From assembly GCF_009914755.1 (NCBI RefSeq), contig NC_060933.1: a stretch of DNA of 64,000 bases, one strand, 5' to 3'. Within the stretch, counting starts at the first letter, position 1; each line of letters begins with the position of its first letter. This DNA is from the human T2T-CHM13v2.0 reference genome, Homo sapiens. A model generated the notes under the pieces. It saw nothing but the letters and a program-made list of their open reading frames with translations, was not told where the DNA came from and did not search any database. Made by a program: the position numbers and the translations under genes. Positions 44,307 to 58,815 of the stretch are shown in pieces.

Positions 44307-46704
44307 CCTCGAACTGAGCCCAGCTCCTGGTCCCAGTTCAGGGCCTGGAAGGCGGACGGGAGGGAGGGCCAGGCCAGGACTTGCTGGAACGACCAGAGCT
44401 CTCGTTTAGTAAACAAATAACTTAGTCCCGTGCTGGGCTGGGGGCTCCCCGGTGCTTCAGTGAACCCTATAGGCACAGCCGGCGCAGGCACTTTGAGCAT
44501 CCTCATGCAAAGATGAGGAAACGGAGGCACAAAGAGGGAGGAAGCACAGGCTTGATGCACTTCCAGGCCTTTACCCACCAAAATGGCCCAGCACCTTGAG
44601 ATAATGTTCGAGAAAACTCCTGGATGCTCAGTAAAGGCCTTGCTGACTCAGCCTTACGGACAGGAGCAGGTGGACTCTCTGCTCAGTGGGGACACGCCTG
44701 GAGTCCCAGGAGAGCCCCGAGAGCCAGTAGACACATGGAAGGCACCCCAGACCCCAGCCAGCAGCGTGGCCCGGAAACTCTGCCCCCAGCCAGGAATTCC
44801 AGCCCTTACCAAGGTCTCCTCTGCCTGAGGGGCCGCTGGGTGTCAAGGGGCCGACAGAACAGCATTCTCGGTCAGGACATGGGACACATGGGGCCAGGTT
44901 GAGAAAGAACCCTGGATACTACCATTGCCCTTTGTGAAGGAAGCTTCTGGGGATCCTGAGAGAGGTACCAGCTCTGAAGCTCCTGGCCCTGCCCCCTGCG
45001 TTGGCAGAAAGCCTCTCTCCTTGGGTCCCTCAGCAGGCAGGCAGGCTCTGGATAGGGCAGGGCCCAGCTACTGGGGCATCCTGGTCTGTCTTCCAAGGCC
45101 CAAGCCCGGACCACCCCACTCATGAGCAGCTGCCTCCCTTCTGGGTCTACCTTGCACTGCCATGACCACCCTCTGCCAAGCAGCTGGCCTCCTGGGGCCA
45201 GGGCAGCCTCTTCCGCAGTGGCAGGCACCTGCTATGCCCTGGCACTGGGCCCCTGTCTCCCAGCCCTCTCCATCCTGGGTCCATCACAGCAGGCTTTGTA
45301 TTTACTTAGGCCAGGAACCAGGTGCTGTTCCGGATGGGGGAGACACCCAGGCCCAGCCTCAGGGCACTGGCCACCTGGGTGTCCTGTGGGGGTGGTAACT
45401 GTGGCGGAGATGACACCCACATTTTCCTGTTGGGGCCGTGCACACACAAGCTCATCCTGCCCCTCCTCCTGGCTTGTGTCCCTGCAGGGGACCCTGCCCG
45501 GCCTTCTCCACAGCCAGTGTGAGCCCTCCCTGGTCCAGTCCTCCCTGGTGCCCCCATAGCACCCGTCCCTCACATTGGGCTTACACCAGCATCCCCCGAA
45601 TGCACTGAAACCTGGCTGCGGGCGCTACCCTGCAGCTTCGGACTCAGGGGGGCGGAGAACATGCCTTTCTCCCAAGTGCCCAGGGGATGCTGATGCAGCG
45701 GGCGCGGGGAGCACACTGGGGGAGCACACTGGGAGAACCACTGTCCCGAAGGATGGCCCCCAAAGCAGGTCTGGCCCAGCAGGGGCTCCTCTGAGTGAGT
45801 CCTCACTCCTTGGGACCAACCTGACCCTCACCCTAGGCCTGTCCGTGTGGCCTCTGCCTCAGGACGGGGACCGCTCTGGGGATGCACCTGCTGGCCTCAG
45901 GGGTTGTCCCTTGGCCTGGGAGACCCCTGGCACCCCCGCTGTCCTCTCCTTTCCAGGTGACTGGCTCCTTCTGGCCCTTTAAGATGGTGCCGGGCCTCGC
46001 CTTCTCCAGGAAGCCTGCGTGACCTCCCTAGTGCTCGCGGCCTGGCCCACCCTGCTTGTTTTCATTTTCCTTGTTTTTCTGGAGCTGCTCCCTTGGCCAG
46101 CCTCCCCAGGACACTGTGACCTCGTGTCCAGCTCCACGAGGGTGGGCCCTCAGCCTCACCTTGATGCACAGGCCTGGTAAACAGTGGGTGCTCCATAAAT
46201 GCCTGTGGGCTGAGTCACTGGCTGAGGCGGAGCCCCTGGGAACCAAGCACCCTGGGAGGGCTGAGGTGGTGCCGTGCCCCTGTGGGATTTCTTGTCTACA
46301 GGAATCACGACTGCAACTCCAGGGAGCAGAGATGCATCCCCCTCTGCCATCGGGGAAGTTTTGGGAAAGTCAACCTGAGCTCAGAATTGAGCTCGCCCCT
46401 GGGCGGCCTGAGAGGGAGGCCGAGGGTGTGTCCAGCAGCCACTAATGTCCACCCCACTGGTCAGGTGGACTGGCAGCCTGGAGCCATAGACGAGTGCCTT
46501 CCCTCTTCCAGGAAGGTGCCCACGCTGGCTGTGCTGAGGGGCTCACACAAGAAGGGCGAAGGGGTGGGGAGGCTGAGCCAGTGAACATTGCCCTCTCCGG
46601 CCAAGGGCCTGCCCTCTGCCAACTCGCAGCCACTCTCCTTGCCTTTCAGCCACCACCCTGGTCCTGCAGCCTTGCAGATAACTACCAGTCTGTGTCTCCC
46701 CCAG

Positions 46705-46945
46705 GCCAGTGACTTCTTTACTTAAAGCACCATCAGCATCAACTGGGAGCTTGTTAAAATGCAGAGTTCCAAGTCCCACCCAGGCCGGCGGGGGGGTCAG
46801 AAACTCTGGGGGTGAGGTCCAGCAAGCCCCCGAGAGGATTCTGACCGATGCTGCTGGAGAGCAACAGGCTGACCCCGGGCTGCACACTCGAATCACCTGG
46901 GGCAGTTACACCTGCCCCAGACCTGGCAGCATCCCAGGCCACTGA
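46705..46945. mobile_element. MER5-family (hAT-Charlie) fragments
   Basis: catcagcatcaactgggagcttgttaaaatgcaga...cagaaactctggggg; gaatcacctgggg. Confidence 0.7.
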
Positions 46946-48599
46946 CAGGACAAGCTCTAGGGGTGGGCTCATGAACCAATACTTGCACAGCTTTGCTGGT
47001 GGTGCCAATGTGCAGCCCAGGCCGAGGCCCTCTGAGTTAGGAACACGGAACGCGTGTGAGTGCGGTGTGCGCCTGTGCGGTGCGGGTCAGCAGGAAGCAG
47101 AGCCGCCCTCTCATCAGTCTTTACAGGGACCTGGGTCATGCTGGGACCTGATGAAGGTTTCCCCCCCTGTATCGCTGTGCCCATTCTGCAGATGAGCAAA
47201 CAGCAGGGAACTGATTTGCCAAGGCAATGCAGCCAGCAGGAGGCAGACTCCCCCATGTCAGCATCTCTTCTTGCTCAGCCAACCAAGCAAAGTGACGCCT
47301 GGAGTTGGCTGTTTCCTCCTGTATCTCATCTCCAGAAAATCCTGCCCATTTAGTTCCCTGAGTAGCTCCAGAGTCCAGCATCTGTCCACCACTGCCATCC
47401 ATACTCTCTGCCACCCCCAGCCCAGGCCACCTCCACTGGCCCCTCTGCCAGCCGAGGTCATACACCTGCTCCCAGGCCCTCACCTCCATGCCCCTGCTCC
47501 AGTGTGCTTATGCCTGTTGCTATCACCTCTCCCTCCCAGCCCCGGACACCTCTGATGCTGTGTCCATATCTGCCTGGGAGTCAGAAAGGCTTAGGCAGGA
47601 ATCCAGACTCTCCCCATTAGCATCAGGGCGACCATGGCCTCAGTCTTGTCTCTGAAACAGGAGAATTATGACAATCTCCAGCTTTCCTCCCTCCTTTCCA
47701 TGGCATCTGCTGAGAGTCAGCTGTGTGCCAAGCACAGCCCGGTGCTGGGGCCAGGGTCCCTGCCTCATCCTGGCCCAGGGAGATAGGCTGTCGGCAGGCT
47801 AGATTCGCACCCCGGCCCCGAACCTCAGACACTGCCCAGGGGCTGGCAGGGCCAGTGGCTTTGATGGCGCCTCACTGGCCTCTCCTTGGAATTTCCCTTC
47901 CTAAGTCTGGGCTGGGAGCTCCAGGGCAGGCCCGTCTCAGCCACATCCACTCCCCCTCTGCCACCCCCAGATCCATGGGGCTGGCTCTCAGTGAGAGGAG
48001 ATGACAGGGGTGGCCCGTGTGGAGCAGGTTCTGGGGCTGCGGGGACATTTCTGTGACTGTGCCAACTGGTAGGACTTCAATTATGTTTTAACGAGACAAG
48101 ATCAGCTTGTGTAGACCACGCTGAGGTTTGGTTTCCTATCCCAGTGGCCACGTCCAGAGCTGTGCTCTCGGAATAGTGCCAAGGTTTCCTTTACAGCGCA
48201 TTTGTTTCCCGTAAGGCATCCCCATCAGTCCATCCAAGGAATCTCTCTGGAACACAGCTCCTGATCTAGGTCCTGAACGTCTGATGTCCTGGGTCCTCCA
48301 AGGTTGCTCCTGATTTACATTTCTGGCCTCACCTGCACTGCCCCAATGCCCTTTAGACTTGTCTGGGTAAGAGGTTGTTCCTCTGGCCTCCCAGCCACCA
48401 ACTTTGCATTTTCTTGCTTCTGGGCCTTTGCTAGTGTCATTCCCAGGACCTCGAACTCCCCTCCAGCTCTGCGTACTGAGATTCCTGGCCATCTGTCTCC
48501 ATGCTCCTGGAGCAAGCCTTTCCTGATTCCCACCCCTGAAGATGGCTCCCTCTTCTGGGCTCTAGTAGTACCCTCTGTCTGCACCACATGTTTGGCATT

Positions 48600-48930
48600 T
48601 ATAGTTTATTAATAATTCAGCAGCAAATATTCTTTCAGCTCTTACTGCATCCTGGGCCCAGCTTTGGGTCCCTGCTTTTGTGGAGTTTTCAGTCCTGTGG
48701 GGGGACATGAATGTGCACTGGTGATTTCGGGAGTGCAGAGAGGAAGAATGGGGAGTGTTAACAGGGGTGGCAGCCAGGAGAGGTGACCCTGAGTGAGGGG
48801 CCCAGATGCTGAAACCTGAGGATGAGTAGCGAGAAGATGGGAAAGAGCACCCTGGGCAGGAAATGGCACTTGCAAAGGCCCAGAGGCAGGCAGGGCAAGG
48901 CAGGACCTGGAGAAGCCCATCTTGCTTGGA
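48600..48930 (-). mobile_element. L2 3'-end fragment
   Basis: attcagcagcaaatattct...ttactgcatcctggg pattern; diverged. Confidence 0.45.
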
Positions 48931-49124
48931 GTATAAGAGCAGGAGGGGGACAAGACAAGAGGGGCGAGGTCAGCAGAGACCCCGCAGGCAGCAGGGCGTT
49001 GGTGCCTGAGCCAGCCTTCCTGGAGCCCTGTCCCTGCCTTCCCTGTCACAGCTTGGTGCTGCTCCTTCCTCTCCAAAACACTTTCCAGGTCAGTCTTCCT
49101 CACATTTTAACGTGCATCGAGTAG

Positions 49125-49523
<399 letters not shown>

Positions 49524-49559
49524 TGAGGACAAGGGGCTGTAGCCCTTGGCTTCTGGGGC

Positions 49560-49965
49560 ATTGTGCTCTCCCCGATCTCCCCCTCCCTCCTTGGCTGGCT
49601 TCTCCTACTCTCCTGACCTCTAAGTGTGAAGGGGCCCAGGGTCAGGCCTCAGGTTCCCCTTCCTTCCCCATGTCCACCCGTTCCCATTCCACCCTTCCCA
49701 CAGTGGCTTCCCCCACTTTACAGCTTCCAGGCCACATATCAAAAATATCCCCTGCTCCATGGTTGCTCTCCACCCCCTTAACCTGCCTGGTTTGTACCTT
49801 TACCCCATACTTGGCATATTATATGTTCATTTACTGTCTGTTTCTTCCCTCTGGAATTTGAGTTGCTGAGGACAGGGGCTCGGTCTCTTTATTCTGGTGC
49901 CTGGAATGGTGTCCTGGGCCCATGGTGGGCACCTGGTGACTCTCAGCCGAATGAGAAGTGAATGT
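49560..49965 (+). mobile_element. L2 3'-end fragment
   Basis: ctgtctgtttcttccctctggaatttgag...gaggacagggg...gtgcctggaatggtg...gaatg. Confidence 0.55.
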
Positions 49966-50799
49966 GTTCAGGGCAAGGGTCAGAAGGGGGCTGGCCAGGA
50001 GAGTAACTGGACTGGTTCTGCTTTTGGTAGTGGCTCTGTGGCTGCGGGTGCAAGGCAGTCATGGTGGGGTGGGTGTGGAGGCAGAGTGGGAGGAAGCCGT
50101 TCAGAGGCTGTCATGGTCATCAAGAGGGAGGAGGTGGTGGGCTGGAGAGAAGGGGATGGGGGGATGAGTGGGAGGGAGCACCAATAGGGCTTGTTGGTGG
50201 TTTGATGGGGAGCAGGGAGGAGTCCTGGGAAACCAGAGGCTTCTGGCCCGGGCGGCTGTGAGCGGGGAGCCCCCAAGTTTGCCATGCTCCTGTCTGGGAG
50301 CAGCACGGTGGCTGCCACTTGAATCTGGGCTGTGCATCACCTTGGCTAAGTTTCTTCGTTCCTCCATGTTTCAGTTTGATAAAATGGAGATGACAGTAGA
50401 AGTCTCCCCATAACTGGTGGGCGGGGGCGGGGGTGGCTCACCCTTGTCGTGCAAAGCAGCATTAGCCAGAGTTTCAGCCAAGATGGGGTAATGGGGCCCA
50501 GGCTTGCCCTCCTGCTTGAAGGTGACACCAGTGATGAAGGAAAGCACTCCTCAAGCCATGGGGGAGAGACAAGGAGGGCCCTGTGGTGGCCCCAGCTCCC
50601 TCCAGCTGGAATCCCAGGCTATGGTGCAGGGAGCTCAGGTGCAGCCCGCTGCTCTCCCTGAGTTGCGGAGAGAGATGATAGCCCAAGGAGGCCAAAGTAG
50701 CCGGAGGTCACAGGACACAGAACTGGGGAGGAGCCTGCTGCTCCGTGGGGGACTGTGGAGCCACAGGGCTCTGCAGAGGGTCCCCCATGAGTAGCTGGC

Positions 50800-51945
50800 T
50801 GAACAGTGACTCAAATGTGAGCAAAACTACCTGAGGCCAGAGAAAGAACTAGCTGATAGGATTCCAGGGAACAATATTTGAAGCTCTCACAGGTCCAGAA
50901 ATAGTTCCTCTTCCCACCAATCAGGGAAGGTTCTAATTCATGAAGCACTGGGTAGAGCTGCTCTAGACTTGCCTAACAAAGCTTAAAAGCAAGGCCTGAA
51001 AGGATCAAACTATTTCCTAATAACTGAGCTGCATCCCAGAACAGACATCACAAATATGTATTGCAATATAACAATGAAGTGGAATTCAAAATATCTGGCA
51101 TCCAGTAACAAATTACCTGGCATGGAAAGAAGCAGAAAAATACAAACCACAGTGAACAGAAAATCAATTCATTGGAACTAACCCCGAAGTGGCACAGATG
51201 ATAGAATTAGGAGACAAGGGTATTAAAATAGTTATTAACTGTAGCTTATATGTTCAAAACACCAGAGGAAAACTTGAGCATATGAAGTAGAGACGTAGAA
51301 GATAGGAAAAAGAACCAACCGAACTTCTAGAGATGAAAACATGACAATGCCTAAGATGAAAAATGCAGTGGATGGAATTAACCTCAGACTACATATTACA
51401 GAAGAAAACATTAGTGAACTTGCAGAGAGCAATAGAAGGGATCCAAAGTGAAATAGAGAGAAAAACATCAATAAACGAAAAAAACAAACAGAACTCAGTG
51501 AGGTGTGGAGAAGTTCAAGGGGTCTAATATACGTATAACTGGAATCTCCAAAGAAGTTGGAGCTGGTGCAAAAAACAATTAGAATAAATAAATATTGGCT
51601 GAAAAATTTCCAAATTGGATGATATTATAAACCCACAGATCCAAAAAGCTCAACAAACCACAAACACAAGAAACAAGAAGAAAACAACACCAGGGAACAT
51701 TATAATCAAATTGCTTAAAACCAGCAACGAAGGGAAAAATCTAAACACAGAGCCAAAGGCTGCATGACCTACAAGGGCTCGAAGGTAAGAATGACAGCAG
51801 ACTCCTTGCTGGAGACAATGAGAGCCAGGAGACAATGGAGTGGTGCCTTTCGAGTGCTAAAAAAAAAGAAGGCCGTCAACCTGGAACGTGCAATCCAGAA
51901 AAAGAAAAAAAACCCTTCCAAAATGAAGGGGAGATGAAGAGCAGC
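50800..51945 (+). mobile_element. Old L1M fragment covering ORF1 (antisense to FAM163B)
   Basis: A-rich; decayed ORF1 C-terminal motifs (IIIKLLKT, RMTADSLLETMRARRQW, FQNEGEMKS). Confidence 0.8.
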
Positions 51946-53432
51946 ATTTACACTGTCTCCTCTTCTAGACTTGTCCAGGGGACAGGGCTCAAAGCTCAGC
52001 TCCTTCTCAGACACACAGGTCTGGACCTACCACTGTGGATTCTGATTTTCTCACTGGGTTTGGGTCCCAACCTGAGCCATGGTGACAACTTCTAAGTGGC
52101 CAGTCTGGGGCTCCCTGCTCAGCCTTCAATCTCACAAAACCCAGCTTCGAGGCCTCCCTGGGAGCCAGGCGGCGGGAGGTATTTTGCTCCTGGGGGACTG
52201 GGTGGAGTCGGGCTTGTCTTGTTAGAGGCAGGGTTGAGGAGACAGCAGCTCCTCAGGGGCTCTCCCCCTGGGGACCCCAGTCCCTTGGGCCCAGGCCCTT
52301 CTGAGCGAGCATGGGGTGGAACAAGGCACAGGGTGGGGTGTGAGGCATGTTCTGCACACCAACCCTGAACCGTATGCATCCTTACCCATCAACACAGGAG
52401 TGTGAAACAAAAGAGAAGTGCATTTGAAAAAAAAAAAACAACAAACCAAAAAATATATAATGTCTATTTTAGCTGTTCACAAGGTTACAGGCAGTTTCCA
52501 TGGCTACAGCTGTGTGCTGCGTGTGCTGGGGTGAGGAGGTGGGGCTCTTCTTAACCCAACAGTTGGGGCACTTAGATAATTTCGGCCCAGGAGCCAGGCA
52601 CCCGCTGCTGGTGGGAGAGAGGGAGGGAGGGAGGGAGGGAGAGAGGGACCGCTTTCCCAGGACTGTGATGTCAGTGGTGAATTAGAATAACGCACTCATG
52701 CTCCTCGGCACACTGTAGTTTTGGCTGAGTTTTTGGGTCTATATCTCCCCGGAGAGAGCAGCCTGAGAGTTAGAGACAGGAGTCCTCATCTTATTTCACA
52801 GGTGGAGCACTGGGGACAGGGACCTGAGGCACCAGCAAACAGGTGGCAAATGAACACCTGAGCTGCTGGTTCATGTGCCTGTCCCCCAGGGCTCCTTTCA
52901 GTGGCCCCTCTCAGGCTGCTCAGAACAAAGGTGGCCTGAGATCCCTGCCCTCATCAGGGAGAGCCCAGGGCAGATGGAGGGGAAGGATGCCAGCCTGCCC
53001 CTGCTGGATGCAGGCAGCACCCCCTCCCCCAGGGGCCCTCCCCCCTTCCCTGTGAGTGGCCCTTGCACCCCTGCCCTGGGGGCACCTTCCACCTGGCCTG
53101 AGCGCCACACTTTCAGCTTTGTCTCCCACCCTCCTCCTGTCCTGCCTCTGGGCTCCAGCCATTCTCGCCTTTAAATGCCTCACCTGCACAGAGTTCGCCT
53201 CTGCCTCCTGGCCTTTGCACACACTGCTCCATCGACTCGGAACTGCCATCCACTCCTTGCATGGTCAGGTCAGGCTGCTGCTCAGCTCTCAGCTCAGACG
53301 TGACTTCAGGGAAGCTTTGCTGCTCGCCCAGGCCTCCTCTGGGCTCCCCTTCCCAGCACATGGTGCTGCATTGTGCCACAAAGGGAACCTGGGTCCCGGG
53401 AGCCCACTGCAAGCCCGACAGCAGCTGAAGCC

Positions 53433-54298
53433 TGTGTCTGTGTGTTTGCATCTGTGTGTGTCTGTGTATCTGTGTCTGTGGGTATCTGTGTCTATGTGTG
53501 TCAATGTGTAAGGGGTGTGTGTATGTGTGCATGCATATGTATGTGTCTGTGTGCATGTGTTGAGTGTGTGCATGTGTTTCTGTGTATGCAGGTATGTGTC
53601 CGTGTGCATGTGTGAATGTGTGTGTGCATGTATCTGCATGCATGTATGTGTGAGTGTGCATGTGTTAGTTGTGTCTGTGTATATGTGTGCATGTGTGTCA
53701 GTGTGCATGTGTATCTGTGCATGTGTGAGCATGTGCATGTGTGTCTGTGTGCATGTGTGTGGTCTGTATGCATGTACAAGTGTTTTTGTCTGTGCGTGTG
53801 TGTGCATGTGATCTGTGTGCATGTGTGTATATGTGCATGAATGTGTGTCTGTGTACGAGTGTGTGTGCATGTGTGTGCTAGTGTGTCTGTGTGCATGCAT
53901 ATGCATGTGCAAGTGTGGGTGTGGTCTGTGTGCATGTGTGTGAGTGTGGTCTATGTGCATATGTGTGTGCGTGTGTGCATGTGTGTGTGTGTGTGCATAT
54001 GCGAATGTGTGTGTGTGGCCTGTGTGCATTTGTGTGCATGTATGTGTGGTCTGTGTGGATGTGTGTGAGTTTGTGTGTGCATGTGTGTGTGTCTGTGTGC
54101 ATGTGTGCCTCTGCATGTGTGTGGTCTATGTGTATGTGTGTCTGTGTGCGTGTGTGAATGTATGTGTGCATGAGTGTGAGTCTGTGTGCATGTGTATGTG
54201 GGAATGTGGTCTGTGTGAGTGTGTGTGTGTGGGGGGGAATGTGGTCTGTGTGCATGTGTGTGAGTGTGGTCTGTGTGAGTGTGTGTGTGTGTGTGTGT
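53433..54298. repeat. Degenerate (TG)n / TGTGCA tract, about 870 bp
   Basis: Direct reading. Confidence 0.95.
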
Positions 54299-57200
54299 AG
54301 TGCTGAGAGTGGATGAAGAGCAGCATGCAGGTGCAAAGGTAGAGTCCAGCAGCCTGGCCCATCCCAAAGAGACTGGCTGGCCCACACGGCAGCCGGGGCA
54401 GGGGCGTGTGCCACAGTACCCCTGTTTCCCTGTGGTGCCACCCACTCTCAGTTTAGTGGAGCCCAGGTCACCTGGCACTTACGAGGGAAGCCCCAGATGG
54501 CCCCTGCAGCTGGGCCTCTAGATTCCTGCAGTTCATTTAAAGCTGGGCCCAGCTTGTTCCCTGGAGCTTTCGATGGGGTCTGCAGTGGGATGGGGTGGGA
54601 GCAGGGGTAAAACCAGAGGGTAAAAGGTTGGGTGGAAGCCCAAGACTCGTGGGCCTTGAGGAGAGGTTGGTCTAAGCTCCTGGAGTCGCAGGCTCCCAGA
54701 ATCTTAAAGCCACATTTTAGAGTCTTAGAAAATCAGAACATGCAACCAGTGGCTGCTCAGAATCTGAGACTCCTTTCCTCTTCGATTCGGAAGGGACTTT
54801 GGAAGATAACTAGTGTAATCGCAAGCTCAGTGAACAATCACAGACGCTCCCTAACCCCCTTTCCCCTCGCAAATAACAATTCATCCAAGGCCATTAACTC
54901 AACTCTCCCTTGGTAGGGGGTAGGGGGGGAGCTTCATTGCCTCGAGTTCCTGGCTGAACTCCAGACATTTTGCTCTTCCCTGACATCAGCCCAAGTTCTC
55001 TCCCAAGTACCAGCCATGAGGACCCCTGGGAGGGCCCTACCCGCCTGCAAGCTCTCTGGGAGCAGGGCCTCAGAGGGCAGCAGAGCCTGTGAGCTGACAA
55101 CCCTTCTTCCATCCCTCACTCTACTCACTCCTCCTGGAGCCCTGAACACCCACTGCCCCATACTAGGCACAGGGGTTACAAAGATCCACTGGGCCCCCTT
55201 CCTGAGCCTCTGAGCTCTCTGGGCAGGGCGCGCCTTTGGAGCCGACTCAGTGATTCTATTATAACTTGTGCAGGTAACTCTGCTGCCCTGAGCAGTCTTT
55301 GACCAAGGCTTCAGCAAAGACCCTGCCTGGAGCAATTTTTTAACATTAATTCTCCTTTTTAAATAGATTGGGCTCAGCCATTTTTAAACGAGTGGAGGTG
55401 TGCTGTTGAAAGGGTCTGTCTTGCAGGTGAGAGGATTTTTTAGAAACTGGTCATGCTGTCAATACAAATAGCAGCATTAACCACAGGGGCCTGGCCAGGC
55501 GAGACCCACTCTGTCTGGAGTTCCCTTCTGATTACTGAAACCCCCATAACTGGAGAATTTCGGGTGCCACATGGGTCAGACGCAGCTACCCCCCGGACTG
55601 CTCCTACACGCTGGCTTGCTTCCCATTTCTGGAACACTGCAAGTCCCTTCTTCCCTGAGGATGTTTTGCTGGTTTTGAATGTTTTGAGTGAAGACCCTGA
55701 TGGGAAACCAGACGCCATCTCTGTCCCTAATCATGGGGTGTCTTGGTCTGGGGGAGCCACAGCCACACAAAACCACCAGCCATCTGACCACCATGGCGTC
55801 AGGGCGCGTCTCAGAAGGCTTGACTAAAGCTGGGACCTGGCACTGGCCAGGAGGTCCTTCAGGCAGCGAGGGGGGTAGGTGGGAGGAGCCTCAGGGAGGA
55901 AGGGACTCTGAGGGTTCGAGAAACAGGCAGTAGCCAGCACACAGGAGTGCTGCAGGGAGGACCAGCAGGGAAGCTGGGGGCTGGCAGGGTCTGTCCTGGG
56001 TGGGGCTCCACGGGCCGCACCGGGGCTGGGTTCTATCCTCAGCTGGGAATGGTTTTAAGCAGGGTTTGAACCCTGCCCCCCGCCCCCCCAAACACACACA
56101 CACAGAGCTTTAGCATTGCCGCAGGGGCCACTTGGCAGGCCCTGCCTCCAGCCATGCCCAAGACCCGCCATATAACAACAAGTTCCATCTGCCACACTTC
56201 TACCTGGGTCTGGGATCTCCGGTGGATGACGACGGATGAGTTCTCATCACCCTGCAAGTGGGAAAGAGCCAGGCCCATGTTCATAGACCAGGAAACTAGG
56301 GCACAGAGAGGTTTAGTAATGTGCCTACGCTTACCAGCTGGAAGAGTTCGAATCCGGGTGGGATTGAGCTGTGGGGTCCCACGCTTGCGACTGTTCAGAG
56401 CATCTGGCTGGTTCTGTGGACGTGCCCTCCCTGCTCCTCCCTCCCCCTGCTTCCCTCCACCAATGCTAACCCCTCCTCTTCTGGCAGCTGGGCAATGATG
56501 AGCGCTCCCAGGAAGAGAAGGGCCAGCAGCGAACAGGACGGCTCAGCCCAGGGGTGACAGAAAAGACCACACGAGTGATTGTTCAAGACTCTGTGTTGGA
56601 AAACAGTTTTTTTTTTTAAATAGAGATCTGTTCAGTAATTAGAGGGAACTCTCATGTGGGAAGTTCCATGAAGGTAAAATTAAAGTTGACTACATTTTTA
56701 ATTTTGTAAATGGGTTCACACCAAGGCAGGAGGCTTCTGCATAATGAGTCTTTAACCAAACAAACTCTAAACACAAGTAAATACCAGAAGCTCACAGTCG
56801 ACAATGTTGCAGAGAAGCTGATATTTTTCTAGTAAAATATTGGACGCTTTTTTCTGCCTTCCTTTGAACCAGAATCGAATCATTATATCCCAGAATCAGC
56901 CCTCTTAAAGCAGTGGCTAGTTTTGAACCGTTGAGAAGGGAGACCTGAGATAGGATTCTGGCCCTAAATGTGGGCCCTCCTTTCAGCTGAGTCTGCTGGA
57001 CTCCAGGGCGGAGGGGGGGCCAGCCCAAGAGGTTGGCCCAGGGAGAAAGGGCACCTGGGGTGGGCAGGTGCTCGCCTTCGGATTGGGAAAATGAACATCT
57101 TTATGTTGCCTTAGGAAAGTTCCCTAATGAATCAAGTGAGACTGCAATTGCCAACGCCAACTGGAGGACTTGAAAACAGGATGTAAACATGACATTTCAA

Positions 57201-57805
57201 ACACAAAGGTGAGGCCCTTGACAAATGCTACAGAGAAACCACTGATGCTCCCAGGCGCCTCCTCCCCTACTGCTGTGGGTCCAGTGCATCCCCAGCGCAT
57301 CCCACCGCAGCCGGCCTTTTCCTCCAGGGCCTCAGATCGCTCTTGGCAAAATAATCAGAGCTAACGCTAGGGGGATGTGTTGGTAGGAACCGCAGAGGGT
57401 CTGCACGGCTGGTGAACCAAGTGGAGACCAGGGGGTGAGAGGTGGCCTACAGCACGTGGGAAAAGCAACCCCAGCCACAATCCAGCTTGGAAAGCTAAAA
57501 GCCAATGAGATGACAGGGAAGTGGCCCAGCCTGTTCTCTCCCACCCGCAAAGGGAGAAGAGGAAATTCAGGGGCATCTTTAGCGGGGCCACTGCTCATTA
57601 GCCAAAGTTGACAGACTAGTCCTCCTGCCTCCTGGTGATGATAGGAGCCCGCATGTCTGTGCCACACCAGCTCCTTCCTGCTCCATGCTAATCCTTCAGG
57701 GCTTAGCTCAAGCACCACCTCCAGGAAGCCTTCCCTGCCTGCTCCAGCCCAGGGTGTACATTCCTTTGAATCTGGGGCACCTGCTACCTTGCACCCATCT
57801 TCTAA

Positions 57806-58185
<380 letters not shown>

Positions 58186-58654
58186 TGAAATCCTTCCCTG
58201 GAGTGATTACTTGAGTGAACAAGTATATAAAATGAACACACACAAAAAATAAAACCTGTGGATGGCCTACATGACTGTTTACTGATATGGGTCCAGGTAA
58301 ATCAATGACAGACTAGGGTGTCGACATGCAGACACAACCAAGACCTGTTAAGTCAAAAGGACAGGGAACAACACACACAGACTGGTCTCTCGGTGGTGCC
58401 CAGTGTGGCTGACACACACGTCACTGACACAGCCGAGCACTGGGGGGCAGGCCACACCCAGGAAACCGGGGGCTTTTACTTTGTAAAAAACCAGCCAACC
58501 AACCAACCAACAAAAGCTGAATAGCTTGGTTTTTCTCTTACTGCAAGCATGTATTTCTTTTATTCAAACACCCTTTAATATATGAAGTTAAATATATAAG
58601 GAGCATGAAGGAGACAGTCACCCTTGCTTTATGCAAATAGAACCTCTTTTCTGC

Positions 58655-58815
58655 CGTGGTGGGCGGTGAGTCTCAAACTCCACGGAACACAGGAATCACC
58701 TGGGGGCCGGTTACAACAGGTCTGGGGGCCTGGGAACCTGCATTTCTCACGGGTTCCTAGGGATGCTGCTGCTGCTGCTGCTGGTCCCCGAACCCCATCT
58801 GGAGTAGCACGATTT
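58655..58815. mobile_element. MER5A-like fragment
   Basis: tctcaaact...gaatcacctggggg...ctgcatttct...gatgctgctgctggtcc. Confidence 0.7.

Noticed and set aside
43760-44581. 273-aa GR/GE-rich ORF
   Set aside because: Driven by the (CCCTT)n tract
53113-54478. His/Thr- and Cys/Val-rich ORFs
   Set aside because: Translation of the TG/CA tract
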